From the NCBI GenBank assembly GCA_000091205.1, contig AP006492.2: a stretch of DNA of 64,000 bases; one strand, given 5' to 3'. Below are positions 47,147-57,540 of this stretch, one piece after another; position 1 is the stretch's first letter, and every line of letters begins with the position of its first letter. The notes under the pieces are model-generated. The model did no database searches, was not told the DNA's origin, and saw nothing but the letters and a program-made list of their open reading frames with translations. The position numbers and the translations under genes were made by a program. The stretch is from Cyanidioschyzon merolae (lineage: Eukaryota).

Positions 47147-48019
47147 CTACACGAGAAGTGTCTGCAAACTTGAAGCCCTCGGCAACGATGCCAGGTACTC
47201 TGCTTCGACAGCGTGCAAATCACCTGGCATGACCAGAGAATGGAGCGGTGGACCAAAATCTTTCCCGGAAAATTCCTTCAATGTACCGACCGCCATCAGC
47301 TCATCGACTTGTCCAACACGAGCGAGCCCAATACAAAGCGTATCCGAGTCATAGGCAAATGCTCCGGCTCCGGTTTCGTCCGTCTCGCGACCAAGCAGTT
47401 GGGCTCTCTCTCTCCACAGGGTAAGTAGCTGCTGTGCAGCATCAGCAATCGTCATGAAGCGAGGTGGTTCGAAAACCTTGACTCCTCGAGCCAAACTCTC
47501 CTCACTCGGTTCATGTACGCGAATATCCAGTAGGAAGAGGGTATGGAGGCCGCGGCGGCGATTCGCCTCGAGTTTCTCGTACCAGGAGGTCGGTCGCCAA
47601 GCGTTTGTCCAGAACACGAGGGAAATTGTCTCGCCAAATCGATAAAGCTGGAGTCCACACACTCCCACTGCGGTTAAGATGCTCGCGTTGAAGATGAAGC
47701 GGCACTCAACTCCGAGTTGCCGGGCTCGCAACACCAGGTCGTGATGCGTCGTTGCGCCGAAAACGTCACCAACTACGAGAAAGGCGACGTTTCCAGTCCT
47801 CGCTGGCTCCAGCAAACTCGATACATTTTCTTCAATCATTTCACGGTCAGCGATGGTGACTTTCTTTCCGTAGAGGTCTTCGAGCTGACCCAAGTCCGTT
47901 CGCAGGAGCGACGTGTAACCATCGAGAAAAACCCGATCACACGAGCGAACTGTTTCCAAGCCCCGCAGAGTTATGTCTCGCTCGTCTCCCAAACCCAAAC
48001 CTATGAAGTATAAGGGCAT
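47147..48019 (-). CDS. DPH5: Diphthine synthase (diphthamide biosynthesis methyltransferase)
   Basis: 290 aa, co-linear with DPH5: MPLYFIGLGLGDERDITLRGLE, NVAFLVVGDVFGATTHHDLVLRA, GLQLYRFGETISLVFWTNAWRPTSWYEK, GLHTLFLLDI, DTLCIGLARVG, FGPPLHSLVMPG. ATG at 48019. Confidence 0.9.
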   Translation of the reverse strand: MPLYFIGLGLGDERDITLRGLETVRSCDRVFLDGYTSLLRTDLGQLEDLYGKKVTIADREMIEENVSSLLEPARTGNVAFLVVGDVFGATTHHDLVLRARQLGVECRFIFNASILTAVGVCGLQLYRFGETISLVFWTNAWRPTSWYEKLEANRRRGLHTLFLLDIRVHEPSEESLARGVKVFEPPRFMTIADAAQQLLTLWRERAQLLGRETDETGAGAFAYDSDTLCIGLARVGQVDELMAVGTLKEFSGKDFGPPLHSLVMPGDLHAVEAEYLASLPRASSLQTLLV

Positions 48020-48169
48020 AACGGAGCCGAGGGTCCCAGACGCAGCCGGGTGGTTGATAAGCGACCGCAGCCTGCGGTTAGTGAGGCGCCAGCCAAACGC
48101 GTGGCAAACGAACCATGTTGACGCTCATGCTCGCTCTGTCCCTGTACCTCGATTTTCTACGGAGCTTTT

Positions 48170-48655
48170 CTTGGATGCAGAGCTTTGGCATTCGAAGTGC
48201 AGCTGTAAGAGCTCATGGATTCATGAGTAGTTTTTGGAGTTTCATTCGTGTTGTCGAAGTGGGTTGTTCGCCACTTTGCCACTGGAATTCGTGAAAGTAC
48301 CGAAATCATGCTGATTCACGACCATCTCGCAGAAGAGTTCCTAAACTCAACGATAGCATGATCCGATGTGTACATGAGAAAGCATCCACTCTTCTAATTT
48401 ACACACGAGTAGCATGCTCAAAATAGGCATTCTTCAAGTTTTCTTTCTGTCTGATTCAAGGCATGCGCGCCGCAGCGTTGGCGCGAAGCAAATCTCGACG
48501 TTGTCCCTTGAGGAATACCTGGCAAGCTCATGCTGCAAGTTCACAGAGCTTCTTTTGTCAAAGTCATCCGCTGCGTTCGAAATACGAATCTACCGTCCTG
48601 TTCGGTAATCGATGAAACTGTATTTGCTAGGATCATGACACCATGCACGAGGCTT
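48170..48655 (+). repeat. Dispersed repeat family B, copy 1 (about 0.5 kb, diverged)
   Basis: About 65-80% identical to 54550-55050 in direct orientation along its whole length. One shared block is ggcattcgaagtgcagctgtaagagctcatggattcatgag versus ggcattcggagtgcaacaataagggctcacggattcgtgcg. Another is cttctaatttacacacgagtagcatgctcaaaataggc versus cttctaattccattacgagtagcatgcataaatgacac. A third is ggatcatgacaccatgcacgagg versus taccatgatgcatctcacggg. Confidence 0.55.
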
Positions 48656-49894
48656 GCTCCCGGAAGCTCGGCTCTCTTCTGTTATGTTTGGATGGGAAAA
48701 CGGTTTCGGACTCGGACTTGAGTCATCACAGTGATCGTTTCCATTTGGACCGAGCTTCACTGCTTTGCACGAAGATTGCGAAGACAGATCGAAATCTCCT
48801 GACCTGATCTGGAGCCTGGATTTTCCTTCCAAGACTTGTTTCATGAAAACACCATCATCCATATCGTTCGACTGCTAGCAACGGAAATGGAGGCAAAGTA
48901 GAGACCGCGCTACCCAAATCCGAAGATGAGAGAGAAAGAGGACACGAAAGCAGTCACAGGAAAAGCTTTCGCAGAGTCGTCTAGAATGACATTGGGAAGA
49001 GACGCAAACTGTCATGTTTTATGCCCGAACTTGCTGTAAGTGAGCATTCCAGGTCGTGCTGGCACGTAGGTGTGGCGAACGAGCCGTTTCCGGAGTGTTT
49101 GTTTATCGTTGGAGACAGGCCGCGCCTTGTCGTCAACATGATTGTGTGCTGTCCGCAGCACGTGCGGGTTCCGGACTCGTTGCAACCTGCGAGTACGCTC
49201 GGATCTGACAGCTGCTTCTGGATAATGCACAGGCACTGAACGCTGGATCTTTTGTAGGTGAAAAGCTAACGGAAACAGGAAACAGGAGGTGCTGCGGTGC
49301 CCGTCTGGTACCGACGGCCTTGCACGTCGTCACCACAGGAATACCGGCCAGCGACGGTACTCTGAGAAGCGCGCGATCAATTGGAACTTACGCAATTCGT
49401 CTTCATTCGTGCAAGAGACAGTTTAACAGAGCGATCTTGGGACGCGCGCAAGCTTTTAGACTTTGGGGATGACGAGCTCCACTTCGTCTACTGGACCCAG
49501 AGTAGCGAGCGTGCAGGCAACTTGGCGACGGGCTCGAGTGTTCCTGTTCTGCGTTCCACCGCGTTTCGATTGTGTTTACTCCGCGGGATGCTCGCAAAAG
49601 AATACGACTACTCTTCGCGCGTCGGCTTTTAATCCGAGAACCCTCCGTAATCAGCACCCTAACCGGGTTCTTCGCTACAAGCGCCGCCCACAAAGTTGCG
49701 GCTATGTCTGGCACTCTGCTTCTGTCACCAATATGGCTGCATGGTGTAGGCACTGTCACCAGCATACTTCTCAGTGTAGACTTGATCGTTCCGAAGAGGG
49801 TGCAACGGATCGATCCAGGTCTCCGGTCACGGAATGGCGCGTCATGTATGCTCGTTGGACGCAGGGATCTTCCTGGATGCCCCAACTTCACATA

Positions 49895-50494
49895 ATGCTA
49901 CCGTTGCTGTTGGCGCTGTTCATGATAGACCTCCAGTTTATATTTCTGGCAGATGTGTCCTACGCACTCGAGCTGCCACCAGGATCCATGAGCGTCACAC
50001 GAGAGGAATCTGAAGAAAGCGGCACGAAGCAAACACAAACGCAACGTGTACGTAGCATCTTGGCGACGCTACAGCAAACCAAGTCCTGCATTCTCTGCGA
50101 CCTCAGCAGCGTTGATTTGAGCACAGCGGCTTTGGCTGGCGCGGACCTTCACGGTGCCGCGTTATCTCATGCGAACCTCTTCCAAGTCCAACTCTCAGGG
50201 GCGAACCTTCGCGGCGCCAAGTTCGATGCCTCGATCCTCGATGAGGCAGCCCTGGATGGTGCGGACCTCTCAGGCGCCGACCTGCGCCAGGCACTTGTTC
50301 GACGCACGCTTCTACTTGGGGCGCGTCTCGACGCAAACATTTCCATCGACGGGGCTGATTTTTCTGGAGCTCTCATTGATAGAACCAATCAGCGTCTGCT
50401 CTGCGAACTTGCACAAGGCGTGAATAGTCGCACCGGTGTAGCTACGGCGACGAGCCTTGCATGTCCGGAGCCAAAAACGAACCAGTCCCCATGA
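49895..50494 (+). CDS. Pentapeptide-repeat protein with N-terminal signal-like peptide
   Basis: The track ORF is 49463-50494 and starts at TTG. The C-terminal half is tandem pentapeptide repeats (ADLHGAALSHANLFQVQLSGANLRGAKFDASILDEAALDGADLSGADLRQAL ... ANISIDGADFSGALI). A hydrophobic signal-like segment MLPLLLALFMIDLQFIFLADVSYA begins at the in-frame ATG at about 49895. The family resembles thylakoid-lumen / secreted pentapeptide proteins. The start is approximate. Confidence 0.55.
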   Translation: MLPLLLALFMIDLQFIFLADVSYALELPPGSMSVTREESEESGTKQTQTQRVRSILATLQQTKSCILCDLSSVDLSTAALAGADLHGAALSHANLFQVQLSGANLRGAKFDASILDEAALDGADLSGADLRQALVRRTLLLGARLDANISIDGADFSGALIDRTNQRLLCELAQGVNSRTGVATATSLACPEPKTNQSP

Positions 50495-50900
50495 CCACAG
50501 ACTTTGTAGAGTTTCAAGCGCTCGCTCCGGGAAATTGCAAGGAGCGCGCTTCTTGTGTTTTTGCAGTTGCCCGTACCGCGCTTTAGCACGAACCCCGCTA
50601 GTCAGTAAATACGCAAGCAGCGGCACTGGAGACAGCGGTTGCACAGCTTGCCCAGTGCGTCCGCAACGTGCAGCGCTCCTGCGACACGCGGCTCTCCCTA
50701 TCACTTCATCTTACCCTCCTTAAAAACCACGTGCCGGCCAACGCGCGGATCGTACTTGATGACTGATAACTTGTAGGGAACGTTTCGCGGATTTTTTCGG
50801 GTAACATAAAAGTAACCGGTACCCGCCGCAGATACCAACTTGATCAGCACAGACTTGCCCTTGGCACCAGCCATGGCGGCTCTACGACACTTGCGCTCCT

Positions 50901-50933
<33 letters not shown>

Positions 50934-50937
50934 GTCA
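50901..50937. repeat. (CAG)n microsatellite
   Basis: gcagcagcagcagcagcagcagcagcagaagcag, about 400 bp upstream of the TauE-family gene. Confidence 0.8.
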
Positions 50938-51330
50938 AGCTACAAACCTGCGACAAGACGTTTGCGGGCAGAAGACCAGGTCGCTCAACACGCGCAGCGC
51001 GCTTTGCTCTCGTAGCACGAAGCGTCCGCACGTCCAACAGAGCCACTCGCAACGCCCAGTCGGTACCAGCAACCACGGATATACGTTCCAGCCGCTCTCC
51101 AGAGCGTTTCACGTCACCTGCGATGCAGTACGCCCTTGCCCCAGAGCATCGACGCTTCGTTGATCCAACGAATTTTCTGCGTGCGTGCGAGCCAGCAAGC
51201 GGCGCCTTCACAACATCGCCCCGTGCCTGCGCGCTCGTGCTGCGCAGGTATCCGCAGCGAATCTCAGGCCGCCGAATCGATCGACCTGATGGCGATGCAG
51301 GTACCGCCGCCGCCGCTGCGCTACAGATAC

Positions 51331-51457
51331 AGGCGCGCACACACACACGCTGAGACGTAGGCGCGCGCACACACACACACACGCTGAGACGTAGGCGCGC
51401 GCACACACACACACACGCTGAGACGTAGGCGCGCACACACACACACGCTGAGACGTA
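51331..51457. repeat. Minisatellite, 4 units of about 30 bp (aggcgcgc(gc)(ac)n gctgagacgt)
   Basis: Four head-to-tail units, each containing a (CA)5-8 core and the constant block gctgagacgtaggcgcgc. The array ends about 30 bp before the track ORF start and about 200 bp before the preferred ATG of the TauE gene. Confidence 0.85.
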
Positions 51458-51654
51458 GGCGCGCGCGTGCCTATTTTGCGACACATGCCATGGCTGTGGC
51501 ACGCGTAGCGGCTGCGCATGGCTGCCCTGGCTGCACACAGCGCTGCACCCGGCCTGGCAACGAATCGCAACAGGATCGGATTGGGTCTGTGCGCGCTATC
51601 ATTGATGTGCAGCGTGCGGTTACGTCTGCAAGCTTGCGTAGCTGTTTCGGGAAC

Positions 51655-54069
51655 ATGACGCAAGCAGGGACTTTAACTCGAAACAAACCAAAGGTTCGAC
51701 GTTGGCTACCTGTTACTGTTTGCCTCTTGCTTGTGCTGCTGCTGCTGCTGGGCGCAACACAACCAGCCGCCGCGGTGAACGCGTGCGACTACTGTGACGC
51801 GGTGGGTAAGGCGTGTAACGCCACGCTGGGCAAGTGCTACCGGTGTACGAGCTCCAAGGACTGTCCATCACGCAAAATATGTAACGTCGATATCGGTCAG
51901 TGTATAGTGGGAGGTGTTTTTTCAAACTTTGACTGGCAGGAGGGCGTTCTCATCTTGCTGGTATTTCTGGCGGCAGGGGTGTCGAACGCTGGGGGCGTAG
52001 GTGGCGGCCTCCTCTTCGTGCCGTTGCTGGTGCTGCTAGCCTCGTTTCCTATACCGCAGGCGAGTGCGAACTCACAGTCTCTGATCCTGGGTGCGTCTAT
52101 TGCGAACTCTGTGTACAACTTCCGGAAGCGGCACGTCATCCGCGACGCACCGCGCATCGACTGGAACTTGGTGATCAGCACGATGCCTTTCTTTCTCTGC
52201 GGCACAACGCCGGGATATTTTCTGAATATTTCGCTTCCCGGCTATTTCACGGGTTTCGTTTTGGCTGCGATGCTGGGAGCGCTCACCATCCAGAGCTTTC
52301 TCTCGGGTACGCGCATGACTCGCCGCCAATGGAGAATGCGACGCGAGTTTTTGCGCCAGGAGGCAGCAGGCAGCGCTCCGCTTGACGGCCCTGCAGCATC
52401 CAAACCGACTGCACCGACTGCGAGCGACGGTACCTCCGTCGTGCAACCCGGCATGCAACCAACGTCTACTGCGGTCGGCGAAGAGCGCCTGGATATCGAC
52501 TCGATCACTTCGCGTTTGCCGGGTCACCAGGATGGGTCTGCCCGCGACGGGGCATCGACAGCGTCGCTTGCTGGAGGAACACAACCGGGGAATGTGGAAG
52601 CTGGCGCTGTGAACATCCAGCACGACGTTGCTGGTTCTGGAAGCAGCAGCGGCCAGCAGCACGACCCGCAACTGGGCGAGCCTAGTCATCGGGCAGCGTC
52701 GCAAACGACGTTGACCGAGTCGACGGGAGCGAACGTCGTTCTGGCTTCATCTCAAGGCGATGTGCATCCGTCTGTCTTAGCATCGAATGCAACAGTAGCA
52801 GCAGCAGCAGAAGCACGTGGACCTGTGCATGCGCCGGAAGAGTTGCTACCTGCAGCGGGCGCTCTTCCTGAACAGAGACGCGACTTGGATCCATTGCCGA
52901 GATCTGTGCTTCAAGAGCGACTTGGACACGCGGCAGTGGACGGCCACCTGACGCACCGGAGTGACCGCAATGAACGCACGGCCATTTGGGTGGGCATGAA
53001 ACGCTCGGTCTCCTGCCAAGAGGAGGAGCTCGTCGGACGTCAGCACCGCAGCCGTGACGACTCCACGACATCCTGTTTACCTATGCGCGTGCGTGGTCGA
53101 CACTCGTGTTCGGGCGTGCTGCGTACCGCCTCACTCTACGAAGACCTGGCAGGGCTGTATACAGTCCATGTTGATGAGCCTTCGCCTCGCTCCAGATCCA
53201 AACTCGCAAGCGCCGAGCGTTCCGGCAGTTTCGTGGACCAACAGGCCGGCTCTTTCGAGTCAACTTCCAAACTGTATCGAGTTTGGCGTTTCGTGGACCC
53301 GGTTCTCGCGAGTCGAAACCTGGAAGAAATGCTTGCGGCAGAGCGTCCATGGTTTCCCTGGCGTCACATTCTGTTCGTTGTCATCCTCATCGCCATTCTC
53401 TTTGCAGGGCAGTTTCTCTCAGGGGCACCCTATGCCCGGTCACCGGTCGGTGTCCCGCTGTGCGGTGCTGTGTACTGGGTCATTTTCATGCTCCAAGAGC
53501 TGTCTCTGTTTGTCATTGGGCTGCTTACTGTATTCCGCAACATTCGGTTGCGACGGCTTCGCGCTGCCTACGGATACCCCTGGTTCGAGCATGACGGACT
53601 CACGGATATGCGCTGGGACGGTATGAACCTCTACGTCTATCCGGCATTTGTGCTGGTGATCGGCGCCATTGACTCGTGGACGGGTCTGAGCAGCAGCGCC
53701 CTCATCATCCCTTACCTCTACTTGATCGCGCGCACTGACCTCGTTACCGTCCAGTCGTCGATGGCTATTGTGAATCTGGTCGCGAGTCTGGCTGCCGCCA
53801 TGGTCTTCCTTGTTGACGGCCGCTTGAACATAAGCTACTCTTTGTTCTACGGGCTCTGGGCAATGTTGGGCAGTTACAGCGGTGTGTTCTTCGTTTACTA
53901 TCTCGTGGATCGCTTTCAGATCCGAGCATTCATCATTCTGGCTATTTCCATTGCTTTTTTTGCGGCATTTGCGATCGTACTATACGAGGCGGTCCATAAT
54001 GTGCTCGCAGCACGGGCAGCAAACGCCGGCTGGAAAATGGTGAACATCTGTGTGCCGACGTACCTGTAG
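51655..54069 (+). CDS. TauE/SafE (DUF81) family membrane permease with Cys-rich N-terminal domain and long disordered central region
   Basis: The ATG at 51655 gives a signal peptide (WLPVTVCLLLVLLLLLGATQPAAAVNA) followed by an 8-Cys module (CDYCDAVGKACNATLGKCYRCTSSKDCPSRKICNVDIGQC). The first TauE half then follows (GVSNAGGVGGGLLFVPLLVLLASFPIPQASANSQSLILGASIANSVYN), then about 330 aa of Ser/Ala/Gly-rich linker, then the second TauE half (ALIIPYLYLIARTDLVTVQSSMAIVNLVASLAAAMVFLVDG ... GLWAMLGSYSGVFFV). The track ORF starts at 51490. Confidence 0.7.
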   Translation: MTQAGTLTRNKPKVRRWLPVTVCLLLVLLLLLGATQPAAAVNACDYCDAVGKACNATLGKCYRCTSSKDCPSRKICNVDIGQCIVGGVFSNFDWQEGVLILLVFLAAGVSNAGGVGGGLLFVPLLVLLASFPIPQASANSQSLILGASIANSVYNFRKRHVIRDAPRIDWNLVISTMPFFLCGTTPGYFLNISLPGYFTGFVLAAMLGALTIQSFLSGTRMTRRQWRMRREFLRQEAAGSAPLDGPAASKPTAPTASDGTSVVQPGMQPTSTAVGEERLDIDSITSRLPGHQDGSARDGASTASLAGGTQPGNVEAGAVNIQHDVAGSGSSSGQQHDPQLGEPSHRAASQTTLTESTGANVVLASSQGDVHPSVLASNATVAAAAEARGPVHAPEELLPAAGALPEQRRDLDPLPRSVLQERLGHAAVDGHLTHRSDRNERTAIWVGMKRSVSCQEEELVGRQHRSRDDSTTSCLPMRVRGRHSCSGVLRTASLYEDLAGLYTVHVDEPSPRSRSKLASAERSGSFVDQQAGSFESTSKLYRVWRFVDPVLASRNLEEMLAAERPWFPWRHILFVVILIAILFAGQFLSGAPYARSPVGVPLCGAVYWVIFMLQELSLFVIGLLTVFRNIRLRRLRAAYGYPWFEHDGLTDMRWDGMNLYVYPAFVLVIGAIDSWTGLSSSALIIPYLYLIARTDLVTVQSSMAIVNLVASLAAAMVFLVDGRLNISYSLFYGLWAMLGSYSGVFFVYYLVDRFQIRAFIILAISIAFFAAFAIVLYEAVHNVLAARAANAGWKMVNICVPTYL

Positions 54070-54549
54070 TATTTCATGAACGAACTAGTCGAAACATGAC
54101 CATGGCAGGTGCGCGCGTCGAGCGCCATTCAAGCAGAGAGCGCTTCGCTGGTGCAGGCGTCGCCCGAGGTCGCCAGCGAGCCAGTGATGCATCTGAACGA
54201 GCGGCAAACTGGCGTGCTTGTCAAGTCGAGCACAACGCTGCCTCTGTCGCATGCACCAGCGGCTGCGTCACATGCATCGTGCGTAGCGGTCTGCAGCTTT
54301 CTCTTCCAAGAAGCTGGATGCGAGTCGAGGCACTCCGGAATAGATGCATCCCCAAGCCGCGCTCGTGACGCGCTGACAATCATGATTTCAGTGCAGTCCG
54401 AGTACAACAGTGCGCGCTCGAGTTGCACTCGGTGCGCTCGACATGGATCCAGTGTCGTCTGCGGATGCTACACCAGTGTCAGGTTGAAATGGAGCGCTGA
54501 ACCACGAGAAGTAATCTAGCATTTCGATAGTCCTCACTCAAATTTGAGA

Positions 54550-55050
54550 TCTGGAGCATCGGCATTCGGAGTGCAACAATAAGGGCTCACGGATTCGTGC
54601 GCAGTATCGGGATAGCCGGCTGTTGGTTTTTCGGACTGTCTTCTTCGACGCTTTAAAGCTGAAAGTCGTAGTGTCTGCGGAATCAACGTCATTCGCGATA
54701 TGATCTTGGACAAGGCTTCGTAATATCACTGATATTATGATCCAGTGCGTCCATACAAGAATCTATTCTTCTAATTCCATTACGAGTAGCATGCATAAAT
54801 GACACATGCTTCCAGGTTTTCGACGACCATTCCATTTCATGGGCAATGCATGAGCGCTGCGATTCGTGTCCCAGTACTGATGATGACGACAAGAACTCGG
54901 TTTCTTCCATTGAAGATTTGATAAGACGTTCATGCCGAAAGTGCACTGAACTTGTTACGTGAAAGAATCGATTCCGCTCGACTGGCGTATCCTGCACGGT
55001 TTGTCGTCAGTTATGAAACAATAGTCGAAAGTACCATGATGCATCTCACG
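54550..55050 (+). repeat. Dispersed repeat family B, copy 2
   Basis: See copy 1 (48170-48655). It lies in the lower-GC block downstream of the TauE gene stop. Confidence 0.55.
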
Positions 55051-57540
55051 GGACGTGATCTCAGAGGCAACCGTCTCCGCTGTTTGCATGGAAAGAGGGC
55101 GTGGACGCGGACTTTGGTTATCGCATCGATACCCTTCAGTGAAGCGTGTGTCAATGCATCGCACGAAGGAAGCGCAGTCAAATCGTAAGCTCTCGACTTT
55201 TTCTCCATCCTGGATTTTTTTGCTTCTAGTGCCAGTCTCATCCTAAACGAACGATGTGTGCCGCAAATGCCCTATAGAATGGAGAAGTATGCACTCGTGC
55301 GTACGGCGGACAGCGCACTCCCCAGGCGGTATCGCTCAGCAGTAGTCCGTCATCGTAGGGTGCGGCACCGAGCCCGGATACGGAGAAGTCATCAAGAACG
55401 AGCCCTTTGTATCTCTCAGCGGCAAATCTTGTGAGCGATGAAGAAAAGCCTCACGCGCCACAGTGCGGCGCTCGGACGAGGATATGTGGCGGATGCGTCT
55501 AGAAAACACTGACCATCGTCATGTTTTTCTGCTGCTGCAATCGGCGCTCCGAGGCTGCATCAATGCAATATGACGTGGCAAGCGAAGCGTGAGTCGCAAC
55601 GATATGCTTTGCATGAAATGAGTCAACATTTGCCTCACGCGGTGAAATTGGAATTGTCTTGTTCTCGTCAACGTCTTGCAACTGCTTATAACGTAGCGGG
55701 AGGAGAAACAAAACTCGCTGTATCGAGAGCGGAGCACAAGAGAGCGAGAACGAAAGCAAACATCCGCCAAGACTAGTATTGAATGATAGCGGTTGTCGAC
55801 CCAAACTTTGGTATCTAGTTCGGAATTAGCTGGGCTGGACCTGTTCCCTTCAAGTCTGGCATAAAGCCGTAACCGGATACGCTGTGCGAGCGTTCTTGCG
55901 CCTGCCATGGACAACCTCGAAGGGCGTCCACATCACCACAATCCTCCGAATAAACGAAGCATGTCTTGTTGGCGCACAGTGCGAAACCTTCATGATATTT
56001 TGCTCCGCAGCGAATTTGACCCAGCTGAAGTGCATGGATAGCCCTAGAGGCGTCGGCAACAAGATGCACGTCTGCGGTTGGTTCGCTGCTCCAAGTCCAG
56101 CAGCGTCTGGGCACGTTCTTTTGCAGTTGCGTATTCTGCTCGAGCGCCCGACACTCATGCAGCGCTCGGGGTTATTGTCGATGCTTCGTGACCAACGGCG
56201 CTTTCCTTACCAGACTGGCGCATCCGCTGCGGTATGATATCCAGGTAAATGGCAGCGACATTCGAGTAGCAACGCACGATTTGCAAAGCCGCTTTCGGAA
56301 TCATCTCGATTATATTCGATAATGGAACACCATTGTCGATCATTGATCGACCGGGGAAATGGTAAGCGGTGTGTGTGTGTGTGTGTATGTATTGGTGCGG
56401 GGCTTTAGCGTTGCTCCTTTGCTGAGCATACCATGCCAATGTTCCGCTCCAGACGAGAATTCAGTGTCACTTCTCCTGGCCTCTGATTCGTTTTCTTGCA
56501 AGTCTGTAGCGTTCCAGTGCGATGCCTCTAGTGAGTCACCTACGATGTCCTGGAACATTCGCGCACCTCAGAGCAGTTGGACGCGGCGGAAGCGCGACAA
56601 GCGGTAGCATAGTATTCGGGGCGTTCAAGCCTCGGTGCAGATTGTGCTAGCGCAAAGTTTTCCCGGGAAATAACACACGAGAGCGAGCATCATACCCTGG
56701 ATGACCTTGTCATGTGATGTTCTGTCAGTGAATTGTCGAACATGTCGCGCATTCGCCTCTGTTTCAAATGTTGCTTGTCTACCGATTTCAGAGAGCACCT
56801 GTGCCCATGTTGCGTGTTTGTCGTCCGGAATGCATCGATGCGAGAACTGGACCATCGAGGCTGGCGCTGGTTGCGCGGTCTCCTCGACACAGAGGGTGTG
56901 TAGTCATCGCGCGCTACAGCACATCCAGCCCCGCAGGATACCACCAAATGATGCGACTTGTCGGTGAGATCCTTTTCCAACTCATTAAAATCGTCGGTGG
57001 ATGCACGCTTCTTGTCTCCGTGCAACCGCAACTTGTGCTACTCTGGCGCGGTCTCAGGTATTTCAGCCAAACATCGTTGATACGAGTTATTTGGACGGTC
57101 CTGTAAGCTCCCTGAATGAAGCGTAGAGAGCGACGCCATCCGTGCTGGAAACGGTGCTGAGAGCTTCGAGGTGCCGCCTGATACCTGTATTCCAGTTATT
57201 GGCACGCCGTTTGGTGCTCACGATTCCTGACTTGCGATAATACCCATTCCTGAAGAAGCTGAGAAGTTTCATCTGATTTCCGTTCAGGTCTCCGGCGCCG
57301 TGCTTTTGATTCAGAGTTATGGCGACGGACAAGACGTCCTTCGACAAGGGATCCACATTCATCACGGGGTACTCCTGCTCAGTTACCTTGAAATGTTAGA
57401 CATGCGTCCGTCGGTCGGCTCTGGTCTAGGTATCACGGAATGCATGCAGATTGATATTCCGTCCGACTCCATCGTACCTGTAAACTTCTTTGCTTTTCTC
57501 ACTATGAAGAAGATTCCTTGAAGGAGTTCCTCTAATGCCG

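Noticed and set aside
51331-51457. CRISPR-like array (regularly spaced roughly 30-bp repeats)
   Set aside because: The units abut directly with no unique spacers, consist largely of (CA)n, and have no cas genes nearby. This is a eukaryotic minisatellite.
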